A DNA stretch of 64,000 bases from the human T2T-CHM13v2.0 reference genome, Homo sapiens. This document shows, piece after piece, positions 28,254 through 43,579 of the stretch. The notes under the pieces are model-generated. The model was not told the origin of the DNA. It searched no databases and saw only the letters and a list, made by a program, of their open reading frames with translations. The DNA lies in assembly GCF_009914755.1 (NCBI RefSeq), contig NC_060930.1, one strand, 5' to 3'. The translations under genes were made by a program, and so were the position numbers. How positions within the stretch are numbered: position 1 is the first letter of the stretch; every line of letters begins with the position of its first letter.

Positions 28254-28576
28254 TTTTTTTTCTTTCTTTCTTCCTTTCTTTTTTTTTTTTTTTCTTTTTG
28301 AGAGCAGTTGCTCTATCGGCCAGGCTGGAGTGCAGTGACATGATCTCGCCTCACTGTAGCCGCCACCTCCTGGGCTCAAGTGATTCTCTTTTCAGCCTCT
28401 CAAGTAACTGGGATTACAGGCACCTGCCACCACACCCGGTAAATTTTTGTGTTTTTAGTAGAGACGAGGTTTCACCATGTTGGGAAAGCTGGTCTCAAAT
28501 TCCTTACCTCAAATGATCCACCTGCCTCAGCCTCCCAGAGTGCTGGGATTGCAGGCGTGAGCCACCGTGCCTGGGC
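28254..28576 (-). mobile_element. Alu (S/Jb)
   Basis: Reverse dimer; TSD taattt(t/c)cattttc at 28240-28253 and 28577-28590. Confidence 0.95.
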
Positions 28577-29383
28577 TAATTTCCATTTTCATTTCAAACA
28601 TGCACTCCTATGGAAAGAAAAATTACATGAAGGTGTAGTAAAAATCACTCTAAATTTAGTAACAATCATAAAATTTACCTCTTAGTACATTTGATATTTT
28701 AAAATTTACAATTCTTGTCTATGAATGGAAACCATGTCTATATAGGGTGGATGTTTGTATGACTGGGTGTATCCATGAGGTCAGAATACTAATTGATGGA
28801 ACAATACTGCGTGGAAGGTGGTCTCTAGTGGAATGCCACGGAGTTTCCAATATAGTCTTAGAAATGAGTGTTGAAAGATAATGGTATGCTGGTCACATTC
28901 ATTCAAGACAGAAAACTCTGGTAGACAGTAAAAATGTAGGTTGAACTAAAAACAAACAAACAACAACAAAAACCCAAGCTTCAGCAGTCTGAAATGATGG
29001 TCTAAGTCCAATACCACTACTTAACAGTGCTTTATAACTGAAGGGTTTTGTAATTTAGAGACTTTGAAATTTCCCGGGAATTTCTAGTGTAATCCACTGA
29101 GCAACAACCCAAGTGAGTCTGCTCTTGGACCACATTAAAAGAAGTTCAAGAAGCAAGGGAGATGTCAATCCCAATGTACTCACCCAGAACTGTGGCAGGG
29201 TCTGTTGGCTTACTGTGGGAGGGCACTGGCCAACTCACATAGGTCCAGGTGTGAGCAAACAGGATGAGGGAAAGGTTAAAGAAACTGGTGATGTTCAGCT
29301 TAATGCTGTCTTCAAATAATTAAGGATTTTAATATAGTAAAAGGAATAGACTTTTATCTCCAGTGTCAGTACAACCTGATGCT

Positions 29384-30907
29384 GGAATCGCCACACCATC
29401 TTCCACAATGGTTGAAATAATTTATATTCCTGCCAACAGTGTAAAATTGTTCCTATTTCTCCACAGCCTCAAACAGCATCTGTTGTTTCTTGACTTTTTA
29501 ATAATCACCATTCTGATTGGTGTGAGACTGTATCGCATTGTGGTTTGGATTTCCATTTCTCTAATGATCAGTGTTGTTGAACTTTTTTTTATATGTTTGT
29601 TGGCCTCATAAACATCTTCTTTTGGGAAGTGTGTGTTCATGTCCTTTGCCCAGTTTTTAATGGTGTTGTTTGTTTTATTCTTGTAAATTTGTTTAAGCTT
29701 CTTGTAGATTCTGGATATTAGACCCTTGTCAGATGGATAGATTGCAAACATGCAAACATTTTCTCCCATTCTGTAGGTTGTCTCTTCACTCTGATGATAG
29801 TTTCTTTTGTTGCGCAGAAGCTCTATAGTTTAATTAGATCCCAGTTGTCAATTTTTGCTTTTGTTGCAGTTGCTTTTGATATTTTCACCATGATATCTTT
29901 GTCCGTGCTGGTATCGCCTAGATTTTCTTCTAGGGTTTGTATAGGTTTGGGTTTTACACTTAAGTCTTTAATCCATCTTGAGTTAATTTTTGTATAAGGT
30001 ATGAGAAAGGGGTTCTGTTTCAATTTTCTGCATATGGCTAGCCAGTTCTCCCAGTACTATTTATTAAATAGAGAATCCTTTCCCCATTGCTTGCTTTTGT
30101 CAGATTTGTCAAAGATCAGATGGTTGTAGATGTGTGGTCTTATTTCTGAGTTCTTTATTCTGTTTCATTGGTCTATGCGTCTGTTTTTGTACCAGTACAA
30201 TGCTGGTTTGGTTACTGTAGCCTTGTGGTATAGTTTGAAGTCAGGTAGTGTGATGCCTCCAGATTTGTTCTTTTTGCTTACAGTGTCTTGGCTATATGGG
30301 CTTTTTTGGTTCCATATGAATTGCAAAGTAGTTTTTTCTAATTATATGAAGAATGTCAATGGTAATTTAATGGGACTAGCATTGAATCTATAAATTTCTT
30401 TGGGCAGTGTGGCCATTTTCATGATATTGATTCTTCCTGTCCATGAGCATAGAATGTTTTTCCATTTGTTTGTGTGCTCTCTAATTTCCTTGAGCAGTGG
30501 TTTGTAGTTCTCTTTGAAGAGGTCCTTCGCTTCCCTTGTTAGCTGTATTCCTAGTTATTTTAGTCTCTTTATAGCAATTGTGAATGGGAGTTCATTCATG
30601 ATTTGGCTCTCTGCTTGTCTGTTGTTGGTATACAGGAATGCTTGCAATTTTTGCACATTGATTCTGTATCCTGAGACTTTGCTGAAGTTGCTGATCAGCT
30701 TAAGAAGCTTTTTTGCTGACATGATAGGGTTTTTCTAGATATAGGATCATGTCATCTGCAAACAGAGACAGTTTAACCTCTTCTCTTCCTATTCAAATAC
30801 TCTTTATTTCTTTTTCTTGCCTGATTGCGCTGGCCAGAACTTCCAATACTATGTTGAACAGGAGTGGTGAGACAGGGCATCCTTGTCTTGTGCTGGTTTT
30901 CAAGGGG
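29384..30907 (-). mobile_element. L1PA (about PA7-13) ORF2 3'-half fragment lacking both the 3'UTR/polyA and the 5' end
   Basis: ORF-track peptides IREMEIQTTMRYSLTPIRM and [12 protein letters not shown]; begins abruptly at ggaatcgccacac. Confidence 0.93.
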
Positions 30908-32433
30908 GACATTCACATTTCAAACATGAGAAATAGGAAAGAAGAAAAGAGTAACAGGTCGTAAGCATGTTCAAAATCCATTAGGGCAAACAATACTATA
31001 TCTCAAGGCTTGAGAATAATCTTTTTTTGATTCTATGTCCTGCTGTCTGGACACAGTGATGGTTGGGAGGTTTGGAATTGGGCCCCAGCACTTTAGATAG
31101 CCTTATTCTAACAACTTTGTTGGGCTCAGTCCACCCTGCAGCTCTCACAGGTTGGAGTCTTGTGTCTTTCACTCTCCTATGCTGGTGTTTCACAATGGTA
31201 GCTCTACAGGTCTAGAGTCTCAGGGGTGGCCCTGACCCCACAGCTCTACTAGGCATTGTCCTAGTGAGGACTCTCTGTGGCAGCTTAGGCCCCACAGTTC
31301 CTCTGGTCATTGCTCTAGTGGGGGCTCTCTGTGGTTGTTCCATCCCTGTGACATCTCTGTCTGGTCCCCAAGGCTGTTTGCGACATTCTTTGAATCTAGC
31401 TGGTGGAAGCCATGTTGCCACAGCTCATGCATTCCATGAATCTGCAGAACTAGCACCATGTGGCCATGGCCAGGGTTTACTGGTTCACGCTCTGCAGCTG
31501 TGGCCCAAGCCACATCTGGGCCTGCTTTACCAACAGCTTGAATTGCTAAAGAACACTGTTCCTGAATGCCAAAAGTAGAGACTTAAGGTGACCTTCGGTT
31601 GGGAACTTCAAGTTCCTGAAGGCACTCTAGGCCTCTCTTTTGCCATTTTACTTGCCCCAGGTTTTGGCACTCTGGACCTGGGATAAGAGGGTCAGTACTG
31701 GTGGTCTCTGAAGTACCTTTGGGGTCATTTTTCCATTGTCCTGATTAATAGCCTTGGCTTCATTCTGTTCATACTAATCTTATCAAATGGCCACTTGGCC
31801 ACAGCCTTGATTTCCTCACCTGAAAATGCTCTTTCATTCTCTATTAGGATCAAGCTGAGAATCCTTCAGATCTCTAAATTCTGTTTCCCTTTTAATTATA
31901 AATTCCATCTTTAAATCATTTCTTTCTTCTCATATTTTCCTTTATACACTTAAAGGAAGCCATGCAATATTCTGAGTATTTTACTGATTAGATATTTCTT
32001 CTGCCAGACATCCAAATTCATCACCCTCTACTTCTGCCTTTCATGAAGTCCTAGGACATGACCACAATTCAACCAAGTTCTTTGCCACTTTATAACAAGG
32101 ATGGCCTTTTCTCTAATTTTCAATACCTTGTTCTTTATTTCCATCTGAGACTTCATCAGAATTGCCTTTACCATTCATATTTCTACCAACATTCTGATCA
32201 CATCTACTTAGAGATTATCTAAGTAATCTCTAGGAAGTTTCAGACTTTCCCTACAGCTCTCATCTTTTAAGCCCTCACCAGAATCATTCTTAATGCTCAT
32301 TTTCAGCAATATAGTCTTTTTCTAATCTGCTGCTCCAAATTCCTCCAGCCTCTGCCCATTATCCAGTTCCAAAGCTGCTTCTACATTTTCAAGTGTTTGT
32401 TATAAAAACAGTTCCACTCTCTATACCAATTTC
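30908..32433 (-). mobile_element. MST-int (MaLR internal)
   Basis: gcagctctcacaggttggagtcttg, cccacagctctactaggcattgtcctagtg, cccattatccagttccaaagctgcttc; PBS-side ataccaatttc abuts the LTR. Confidence 0.9.
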
Positions 32434-32817
32434 TGTCTTAGTCCACTCTGTGCTGCTGTAACAGAATACCTGGGACTGGGTAATTTATAATGAACAGAAA
32501 TTTATTGGCTCACAGATTTGGAGACTGGTAAGTCCAATATCAAGATGCTAGCAAGGGCCTTCTTGCTGTTTCATCACCTGGGGGAATGCAAGATGGCAAG
32601 GGAGATCAAAAGGGGGCTGAACTTCTCATTCTTTTATAAAAACAACAATTCCACCAATTAGTGGGGAGCCTTCATGGCCTAGTAATGTCTTAAAGGTTTC
32701 ACATTTTAATAGTGTTACAAATAGTCTTGTCTTAAAGTTTCCACATCTTAACACTGTTACAAAGGCAACTAAATTTTAACAAGAGTTTTGAAAGGAACAA
32801 ACATTTACACGACAGCA
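32434..32817 (-). mobile_element. MSTC/D-like LTR
   Basis: tgtcttagtccactctgtgctgctgtaacagaatacc...aaacatttacacgacagca. Confidence 0.88.
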
Positions 32818-33034
32818 ACTTCTATCATTGCCTCCTTGGTCAGTTGAAGGAAATCCTATCTATGCTAGATACTGAGGGTTTTGGATATTACAAACATCTT
32901 CCTTCTGATCTGTCAACTTTGACTGTAACACCATTATAATGTAATAAATTCATCAATGTTTTTGCCTAAAGATTGTGTTTTTGAGATTTGATTTAAGAAA
33001 TTTGTCCCCAGCTCTATGTCACAAAGATAATCCT

Positions 33035-33441
33035 TGATATAGTTTGGATATTTGTCCCCACCCAAATCTCATGCTGAATTATAACCTCCAATGCTGGGGG
33101 TGGGGCCTGGCAGGAGGTGGTCAGGTCATGGGGGCAGGCCCTTGTGGCTTGGTGCTGTCTTCGTGATGGTGAGTTCTAGTGAGATCTGGTCATGTAAAAA
33201 CATGTGGCACCTCCCCCCACTGTCTCTCTCACTTGCTTCTGCTTTTGCCATGTGATGCGCCTGCTCCCTCTTTACCTTCTCCCATGATTGTAAGCTTCCT
33301 GAGGCCTCCCTAGAAGCTGAGCAGATGCCAGCACCAAGCTTCCTGTACAGCCTACAGAACGGTGAGCCAATTAAACCTCTTTTCTTTATAAATTTCCCAG
33401 TCTCAAGTTTCTTGATAGCAATGCAAGAACAGCCTAACATA
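33035..33441 (+). mobile_element. MSTA-like solo LTR
   Basis: tgatatagtttggatatttgtcccc...gcctaacata; TSD atcct/atccc. Confidence 0.92.
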
Positions 33442-34017
33442 ATCCCCTACATTATCTTTTATGAACTTTAGAGTTTAATCTTGCACATTTATGTATTTAA
33501 TCCAGTTGAAGTCCACCTTTGAGTATGGTGTTAAGTAGAAATTCTCTCATATTTTTCTCCATGTAGTAAGCCAATTTTCCAAACACCATCTACTGAATAA
33601 TCTACTTTTGTTGACTTGGGTTGCCAGGTTTATTATATACAAAATGCCTATATAAATACATGAATCTGTCTCTTAACATAATATATTGTTCCAATGGATT
33701 ATTTATCTGCTCTTGGTAAAATACAAATTCTTTAAAATCTTAACACTATAATATGTCTTCATAGACTGGTAGGGCAGGTCACATCTATTTGTGCTTCTAT
33801 TTCAAATTGTACTTACTTTTATGTGGACCTGTAAGCTTTCATATAAATATTATGGTAACATATTTTCCTTCCTCAAAAAAATTCAACTGGAATTTTTATT
33901 GAAATTGCCTTGAATTCGTACTTTGATTTGGGGAAAACCAGCATCTTCATAATACAAATATGTCCCACCTGAGAGCATGGGTTGTCTCTCCATTGAACTT
34001 TCTGTGTCACTCATTAA

Positions 34018-35330
<1,313 letters not shown>

Positions 35331-36080
35331 TTTTTTTCTATAAAGTTTCTATGGATTAATGATCAATTCTTAAATATTCTAGTTTTGACTGGAATTTGGA
35401 ATAATATTTTATTATTATTCCTAGTTTGTATTGTCAGTGTAGAAGATATCAAGATTTCTTAAGTTGTTCTTATCTAAAAATTTTGTTCAATTCTCTTACT
35501 AGTTCTAATAGTTGGAAGCTTTTTTGGACAGATGATTATATTATCTGCAAATAATAACAGTTTTATCTCCTTTCAAGTCTTACCTCTCCTACTTATTCTT
35601 TTTTCCTTATAGAATTGGTCACAAGCTTACATACAAATGTTAATTAATAGGAGTGATGATGGGCATCTTTACATCATTTACAATTTCAGAGAAAATATTA
35701 AAAATGCCCCTAATCTGTGTAACGTTTAACATCACTTTTAGAGTAGACAACTTTAACAAGTTGAAGAAGTTCCTTTCTATTTCCAGTTAACAAGTTTTAT
35801 TATACATATGTGTTGAATTGATCAAGAAGTTTTTCTGCATCAATTCAGATAATCCTGCATTTTACACTCTACTTAGCTGATATAATAAATTCTGTTGATA
35901 TATTTATGATGGTGTATCATCTTGCATTCATGAGTCTTATTTAATTATTGTGTCTTTTTATCATACAGTTGGATTTTCTTAACTATATCTTGTTTAAGAT
36001 ATTTACATCTGTGTTCAAAATGAACTATGCCTATAATTGTTGGGGTGGATTGACCTTATCTATTTATAGAAGGAAAAGTG

Positions 36081-36371
36081 GGAACAGGCACAGTGGCTCA
36101 CACCTGTAATCCTAGTACTTTGGGAGGCAGAGGCGGGCGAATTGCTTGAGTCCAGGAGTTTGAGACCAACCTGGGCAACATAGTGAGACCCTATCTCTAC
36201 AAAAAAATACAAAAATTAGCCAGGCATAGTGTGCCTGTTGTTCCAGCTACTCAGGAGGATGAGAGATAGAAGGATCACTTGAACTTGGAAGGTCGAGGTT
36301 GCCGTGACCTCTGATCATATCACTGCACTCCAGCCTAGGTGACAGAATAAAACCCTGTCTCAAAAGAAAAA
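36081..36371 (+). mobile_element. AluJb
   Basis: Dimer with gaattgcttgagtccaggag; TSD aaaagtg. Confidence 0.93.
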
Positions 36372-36873
36372 GTGCAGGTTTTGGTCTTTTTTTAATAACT
36401 TATATAAAGCAGGAATTAATTATTTCTTAAAAGTTTAGTAGAACTTATTAATAAAACCTTCTGAGCCTTAGAGCCTTAGTGAGGAGAAAGATATTTTTAG
36501 TATTATATTTATATGGATGTACTGGGTGCCAATTAAAAGTATGGTTGAAACAATTTCAAAGACCCTGGTTAAGGGAGTCAATAAAGCACTTAATTTGGGC
36601 ATAACTTGTTTTTAGGGTTCTATTTCTCTTCTACTACTCACTTCCCACCCTCTTCTTCATATTCCCGGAATGAGTCACACTGCCTGGTACATAGTAGATG
36701 TTTTCTGGTTGAACCGATTAAATTTGGGTACCCATTATCATTCACCTCCTTCCTGGCCCGGAAGCCTAAGGGAGACCTACCTGCTTCTTCTCATTCTAAA
36801 TAGATGCCAATTATTCTACGCAATACAAATTGTCCTTTAGCACCTTAAACTTCAAGTATTAGAAATAGGCTAT

Positions 36874-37287
36874 TGTAACAATGTTAGTGAGTCCACCACG
36901 GCCACGGCCCATGGGAAATTTTTTAGCCAGTTCTGTCTATCCCACCTTGGCCAGGAGATGGAACTTTGCCTTTGGGCCCCCATGTCTTCACAAGCTGCCT
37001 AAGTGCCAGCCTCTGCCCAAGGGTCTTACCTACAGGTATCCCATCTATGGAGGGCAAGGAGTCCCCAGGTGATGTGGGGTTGGGCCACCCACACTCAGGC
37101 CACTGAACCACTCGCTGGTCATTGGGAACAGAAATCCTGTAAATCAAGAACACAGCTCCCTCTTTCTCTTTGTGGCTCATTTCTCAACCTTATATCTGTT
37201 GTTTTTGTTTTTTCTTCCCCTCATATCAGGATGACTTAATCTTTGAGGCCAAAAACCTGCTCAGCAACCAAGTTTCTGAGTCTTGAC
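36874..37287. mobile_element. ERVL-class solo LTR (LTR41-like)
   Basis: TG...CA termini (tgtaacaatg...gagtcttgaca); aacctgctcagcaacc block. Confidence 0.5.
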
Positions 37288-37466
37288 AACTCACACTGGG
37301 GTTAAAGAGTCTTTGGGACTTTGTTTTCAGTTTGATGTTGGCTAGAGGGGCTTATTAGGTACCAACAAATGAGAAAAAAGGAAGAAGAAAACAGAAAACA
37401 GAGAGGCTAATACTTGAGAGATATAGGCCTGCCACACATCCACATTCACATGTACCCACATACTCA

Positions 37467-37736
37467 GGGGTTACCCTCCTGCTAAGTCAATGGACAACCA
37501 AATGCTCTGTCTATGTGATAGCCCTGCTCAGTCTATGGGATAGCCCTGCTCTGTCTATGTGATAGCCCTGCTCAGTCTATGGGATAGCCCTGCTCTGTGG
37601 AACAGCCATTTTGCCGTACACTGTTGCTCTGACAAACTTTCTTTTACTGCCAGCTTGCTCTTAAATTCTTTTCTAAGTGAAGCCAAGCACCCACCCAGGC
37701 TAAGCCCCAGTTTTGGTGTTCACCTGCCTTGCATCA
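37467..37736 (+). mobile_element. ERV1 LTR 3' fragment (LTR26-like)
   Basis: ttaaattctttt...gaagccaag...gctaagccccagttttgg...cctgccttgcatca terminus. Confidence 0.65.
37503..37598 (+). repeat. 22-bp minisatellite arranged as a 44-bp dimer (ABAB + partial)
   Basis: A = tgctctgtctatgtgatagccc, B = tgctcagtctatgggatagccc. Confidence 0.95.
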
Positions 37737-39286
37737 GTACTGCTGGGCTTGCCACTTGTACCTATGGACACGTAGCAGGACTCCACTGGACCACAAAATG
37801 CAATGTCTACCTGCTTTGGAGCCTGACAACTAATAAATACATGTGAGGCAGAATTGAGTCTCAGCTTTTTTAAGTTATAACAGTGCACTTGGTGTCAGGT
37901 TATAGAGGTAATTCATCTCTAGCTACTGCTGATTAACAACGTTACTAACAGAACCTGAAAGCTGTTCGCTAACCCATGCTTCCTACCACCCTCCCACAAC
38001 TGACCAGACCAAGGATTGGTGCCTGAACCAAAGGCAGACGACTACACAGGGGATTGGGGCCAAATTACCCAAAGTGGCCCCCACTGAAATCTTCCCCTGG
38101 GAATATAAATAGCAGAGGTACAAAGGCGGTGGGCAGGAGCAGACATAATGCAGGGAGAGGGCAAGTGGTGGGGCTCATGAGGCAGAGCACAGAGAAAGCG
38201 TTAGTGTGGAGTGGGCGGCACAGGAGCAGACATATGTCAAGGCACAATTGTGGCAAAGTCAGTGGAGGAAGCAACCTGGGTCTCTAGAGCCGCTGGGAAA
38301 TAAGGCTGCGACCAGACAATCAGAGCTCCCGCTGGATCCAAAGGGGCGTCTCAGGACTTGTGGGGTGAGCAGCCAGCAGAACAGAATGTCTGGGGTCCAG
38401 ACAGTGTGGTCCTGGTGGCTGCCCCACTGCCTGACTTCTGGTCCATAGGTCAAAAACATTAAGATATGCTGGTGAAGACATTTTTAAAACCTGCAAACAC
38501 TGACCTGCATTGTGAAAACAAGAATGATACCAACTGGTTTGTTAGCTAATGACATAATTTTAGCAGACCTCCCTCACTTATTAAATAAGGAAGCATTCTT
38601 TCCCGGAAGCTGTTTCTGTATTTAAGCAGAACCCAACAAGGCCTAATTAGAGCTCTTATCAGGATCTTCATATGGATGCTGCATGAAATAAGAGTCAAAT
38701 GGGAGAAAGCTTTAAATATCAAGGTTTTGAAAACAGGAGAGATTGGAGAACATGATGATGCATTAAATCAATTGTTGCGCAAACACGTATTGGCTGCCCC
38801 TATATGAAGGGCATTCTGGGTGATAAAAGCAGTGCACCATGGTCTCTTTTCTCAAACAGCTAAAAATGCAGTAGAGCTGACAACCTTCTACAAAATTTCC
38901 ATGATGAAAAGTAGTGTGGAATATAATAGAGGCATGAACAAAATATTTAAATGTGGCTAGTCATGTGAATATTTTTATATAAATCTGCCTTTATTTAAAA
39001 AAAAAGTCCTTTCCTAAGCTCCTTATAATTCACCTTTCTGTCTTGTTTTAATGAGAATTGCTGCTATTGAAACTTTTGATCGACCAAGATTTCAGAGGGG
39101 CTGTTGGCTTTTCCTTTGTCTTTACCACCCATTAGCTATTTGTTGTGATCAATGAGCAGACTAAAGAAGGTTCAAACTAAAGTTTTATTATTAACGTGAG
39201 AGACAACATTGATATGGATGGTTTTCAGCATAAATACTTATCTTACTAGTATGTACTAGGTAACTGATATACACATGAGGAGTGCC

Positions 39287-39667
39287 TAATAGGGTCTGGC
39301 TCTGTGTTGCCACCCAAATCTCATCTTGAATGGTAATCTGAATTGTAATCCCCACTTGTTGGGGGAGGGATCTGCAGGAGGTGATTAGATAGATCATGGG
39401 GGTGGTTCCCCCATGCTTTTCTCATGATAGTGAGTGAGTTCTCATGAGATCTGATGATCTCATAAGGGGCTTTCCCCACCTTTGGTTGGCACTTCTCTCT
39501 CCTGCCACCATGTGAAGAAGGACATGTTTGCTTCCCCTTACACTGTGATTATAAGTTTCCTGAGATCTCCCCAGCCATGCAGGACTGTGAGTCAACTAAA
39601 CCTTTTTCCTTATAAATTCTCCAGTCTTGGGCAGTTCTTTATAGCAGCGTGAGAACAGACTAATACA
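39287..39667 (+). mobile_element. THE1C/D solo LTR
   Basis: Ends gagaacagactaataca; perfect TSD GTGCC at 39282-39286 and 39668-39672. Confidence 0.95.
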
Positions 39668-40829
39668 GTGCCTGCCCTGGGAAGAAGCCAACACAGAGGA
39701 AAATCAGACACAAATAACAGAACCAGAGATGGATTTTTTTATTTGAGCAATTGCTTCTTACGTCCAGTCATGTTACAAAAGCCAATAAACATAGATCGAT
39801 CTGTACTAATTTGTATTTGTGCAGTCCTTGTACTGTAATAGTCTTAGGACTATTTCTGTTATAAAGCAAACTATTGGAAAGCTTTTCATCATATCTACTA
39901 CTCTCTGAAATAATATATAGGGCACAATCATTTTCTTTACATTTTTGAAATTATTTGCATAAAACTACCTAGTATTGGTGCATTTTAAAAATTTCTTCTA
40001 TGATTGATTACAAGTACAAAGACCAGGCAAGGTGTTTTCTGAAGTGGAGCACTTTTGAGGGTAAAAATGAATGCTAACCAGGTGGATGCGAAGAAAACAG
40101 ATATAAAACAATATACTCCTAGACAAACCAGGGGATATTGTGGGTTTTGGCAAGAAAAGGGTTAGCCGCTGCCCTGCAACCTGTTCTTTCTCTCAGAGAC
40201 CCACGGAAGATAAAGAAACATTGAAGAAACCGCCTGGTCAAATCTCCTTGTAAAGATATGAATCAGATTTCTTCATATTTACTTGTGGAAAGATAATGGA
40301 GCATCCTCAACTATAGAATGCTTTTAGCAGGCTATCCCTGGTCTACCTAGGTTACATATGGTAAGTGAGCACAGGATTTATAGATTTGTATTGCAATGGG
40401 GCCCCTGGAAAATGTTAATGTCGAATGTGTAATTATCATAGTGTAAAATGGAGATGTATTCATGATTGAAATCCTTTCTTTGTGAAAGCAATGTCCAGCA
40501 TGTGACTAGAGCTTTACATGATAAATCTTGGCAATTAAGAACTTGTGATCACACTGGTGGTCTTAGTATTCTTGCGTCAACAGAGTCTTGTGATTATCTG
40601 TGCCTTTTGAATCACTAGCAAAGCTTCATAAGGGTACAATTTATGATTTTTTTATAAGTCTGATTTGACAATTTGACATAATTTTCTAATTTTCTTATTA
40701 GGGAGTTGTGCAGAATATATGCTTATAATTTTTCCAATCTCTTCTCTACCTTTGCTTATATAGCCATCCCTAATCCTAACATAATGTATTTGAGTCTTTC
40801 TTATTTCCTTGATTGTCTTTGCCTTTAGA

Positions 40830-41200
40830 ATTCTGCCTGCCACAGTTGCATACATAATGACACAGATGTAATGCCATTTTACCCATAAATACTTCAGTGT
40901 GCATTTTCTAAAAGCAAGTATATTATCTTATGTAACCACAGTCCAATTATTAAAATCAAGAACTAACCTTGATAGAGTACTGGTATCTAATCAACAGACC
41001 TTTTCCAAATGTTGCCAGGCGTTCCACTAACTCTCTCTATAGGGAAACTAACAACAGGCAGGCTTCCAGTCCAGGCTGCAGACCAGGATCTCATGCTGTG
41101 CTTGGCTGTCTTGTTTCTTCAGCCTCCATTAATTGGAAACATCTCCTTGGTCTTTCTTTATCTTTCACAACCTTGATTTTTTAAAGAGTGTATGGCCTAT
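40830..41200 (-). mobile_element. L1MC4/5-like 3'UTR fragment
   Basis: cccataaatacttcagtgtgcattttctaaaagcaag...ccaggatctcatgctgtgcttggctgtcttgtttct. Confidence 0.8.
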
Positions 41201-42429
41201 ACAGTTTTTCAAAAGACACTTCTTAAACAATGTGCTGGAGTTGAAGGAGAATTTACCTAGGATCAGTTTCGTTAGAACCATTCACTCCTATTGAAAGACA
41301 GAGAAGGCCCTACAAATGACAGGCACAAATAAAAATGATAAAAGCAAAATATTAAAATTATACAATAAAAAATGCAAGGTTTTTATTTTTGTTTGCTTTG
41401 TTTACTGTTAAACATTCAGATCAAAATAACTTCCTGAAATATCAACATAAAAATCTGAGTAAGCATGTCACTATGAAGAAAAAATTGTATTTTCTAAGAA
41501 ACAATTTTTCTTCTCAGCTCCTTTTTATTTGATGTTGATCAAAACATACAGTTGACAACTTAGAAGATGAAAGAAAATGTTATACCTGAACACATGCACA
41601 CCTGTTACTTTATGTTTAATAGAGGAATGGGATAGGTGTTGGGGGATAATCAAAGACTAGGGAAAAAATAGTCAGAAGATGGTGCAACCAACTCATGCTG
41701 TCCCAGCAGTGGATATACTACTCTCCATGCACACCCAGCTCTGAAAAAAATAGCAAGTTGTTCATTTGCTTGTGTTGTGGTGCTTTGGGTTTTTACTAGA
41801 CACCTTTGACTAGCATGGAATATAGTAATCTTATCTGCATTCTCTGTTTCCACATGTGCTGTTTCTTGGATTTGCTGCTTTGATCCTACTGGAATTTGAT
41901 CTAACGTAATTGATTCTTCTTCAGGCTCATTGATTTCTTTTGTGGCACATTCTCTTTATAGTCAATCACACCATAAAACCATCTTGCCCACCGCCTTTAA
42001 GTAAACAGGATCATGGTTTTCCATCCTACCTCCCTCCTTTGGCTTAGTTTCCACCCCACTCATCACGGGACTCTCCCCAGGAGCTCCTTCACTGCCAGAC
42101 TCCCTCGACTTGCAGTAGTGCACACGGTCTGCAGCAGGGGATGCAGAAAACAGGGCGGTGGTTCTTGTGTGCTTTCCAATGCGTTTGTATATTTATTGCA
42201 CTTTTCTTTCTAGTGTATCAGATGCTAAAAACATCTGTTTCTTGAATGCTGAAATATTTCCATGGATGTAGTCACTTTGAGGGTACAAATCTCCACTGTA
42301 TATGTGCGTATCTACATCATCATCCTTATTTGTCACAGTATTTAGACCCTCAATCAGTTAGTTTATCTCTGTCTCCCAGAGTTTGAGAGGAGTGCCAAAG
42401 GCATCACCACACTCCAGTTTGTTTCCTCT

Positions 42430-43579
<1,150 letters not shown>

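Noticed and set aside
37503-37598. CRISPR-like array
   Set aside because: Units are contiguous with no unique spacers, and the context is a human LTR.
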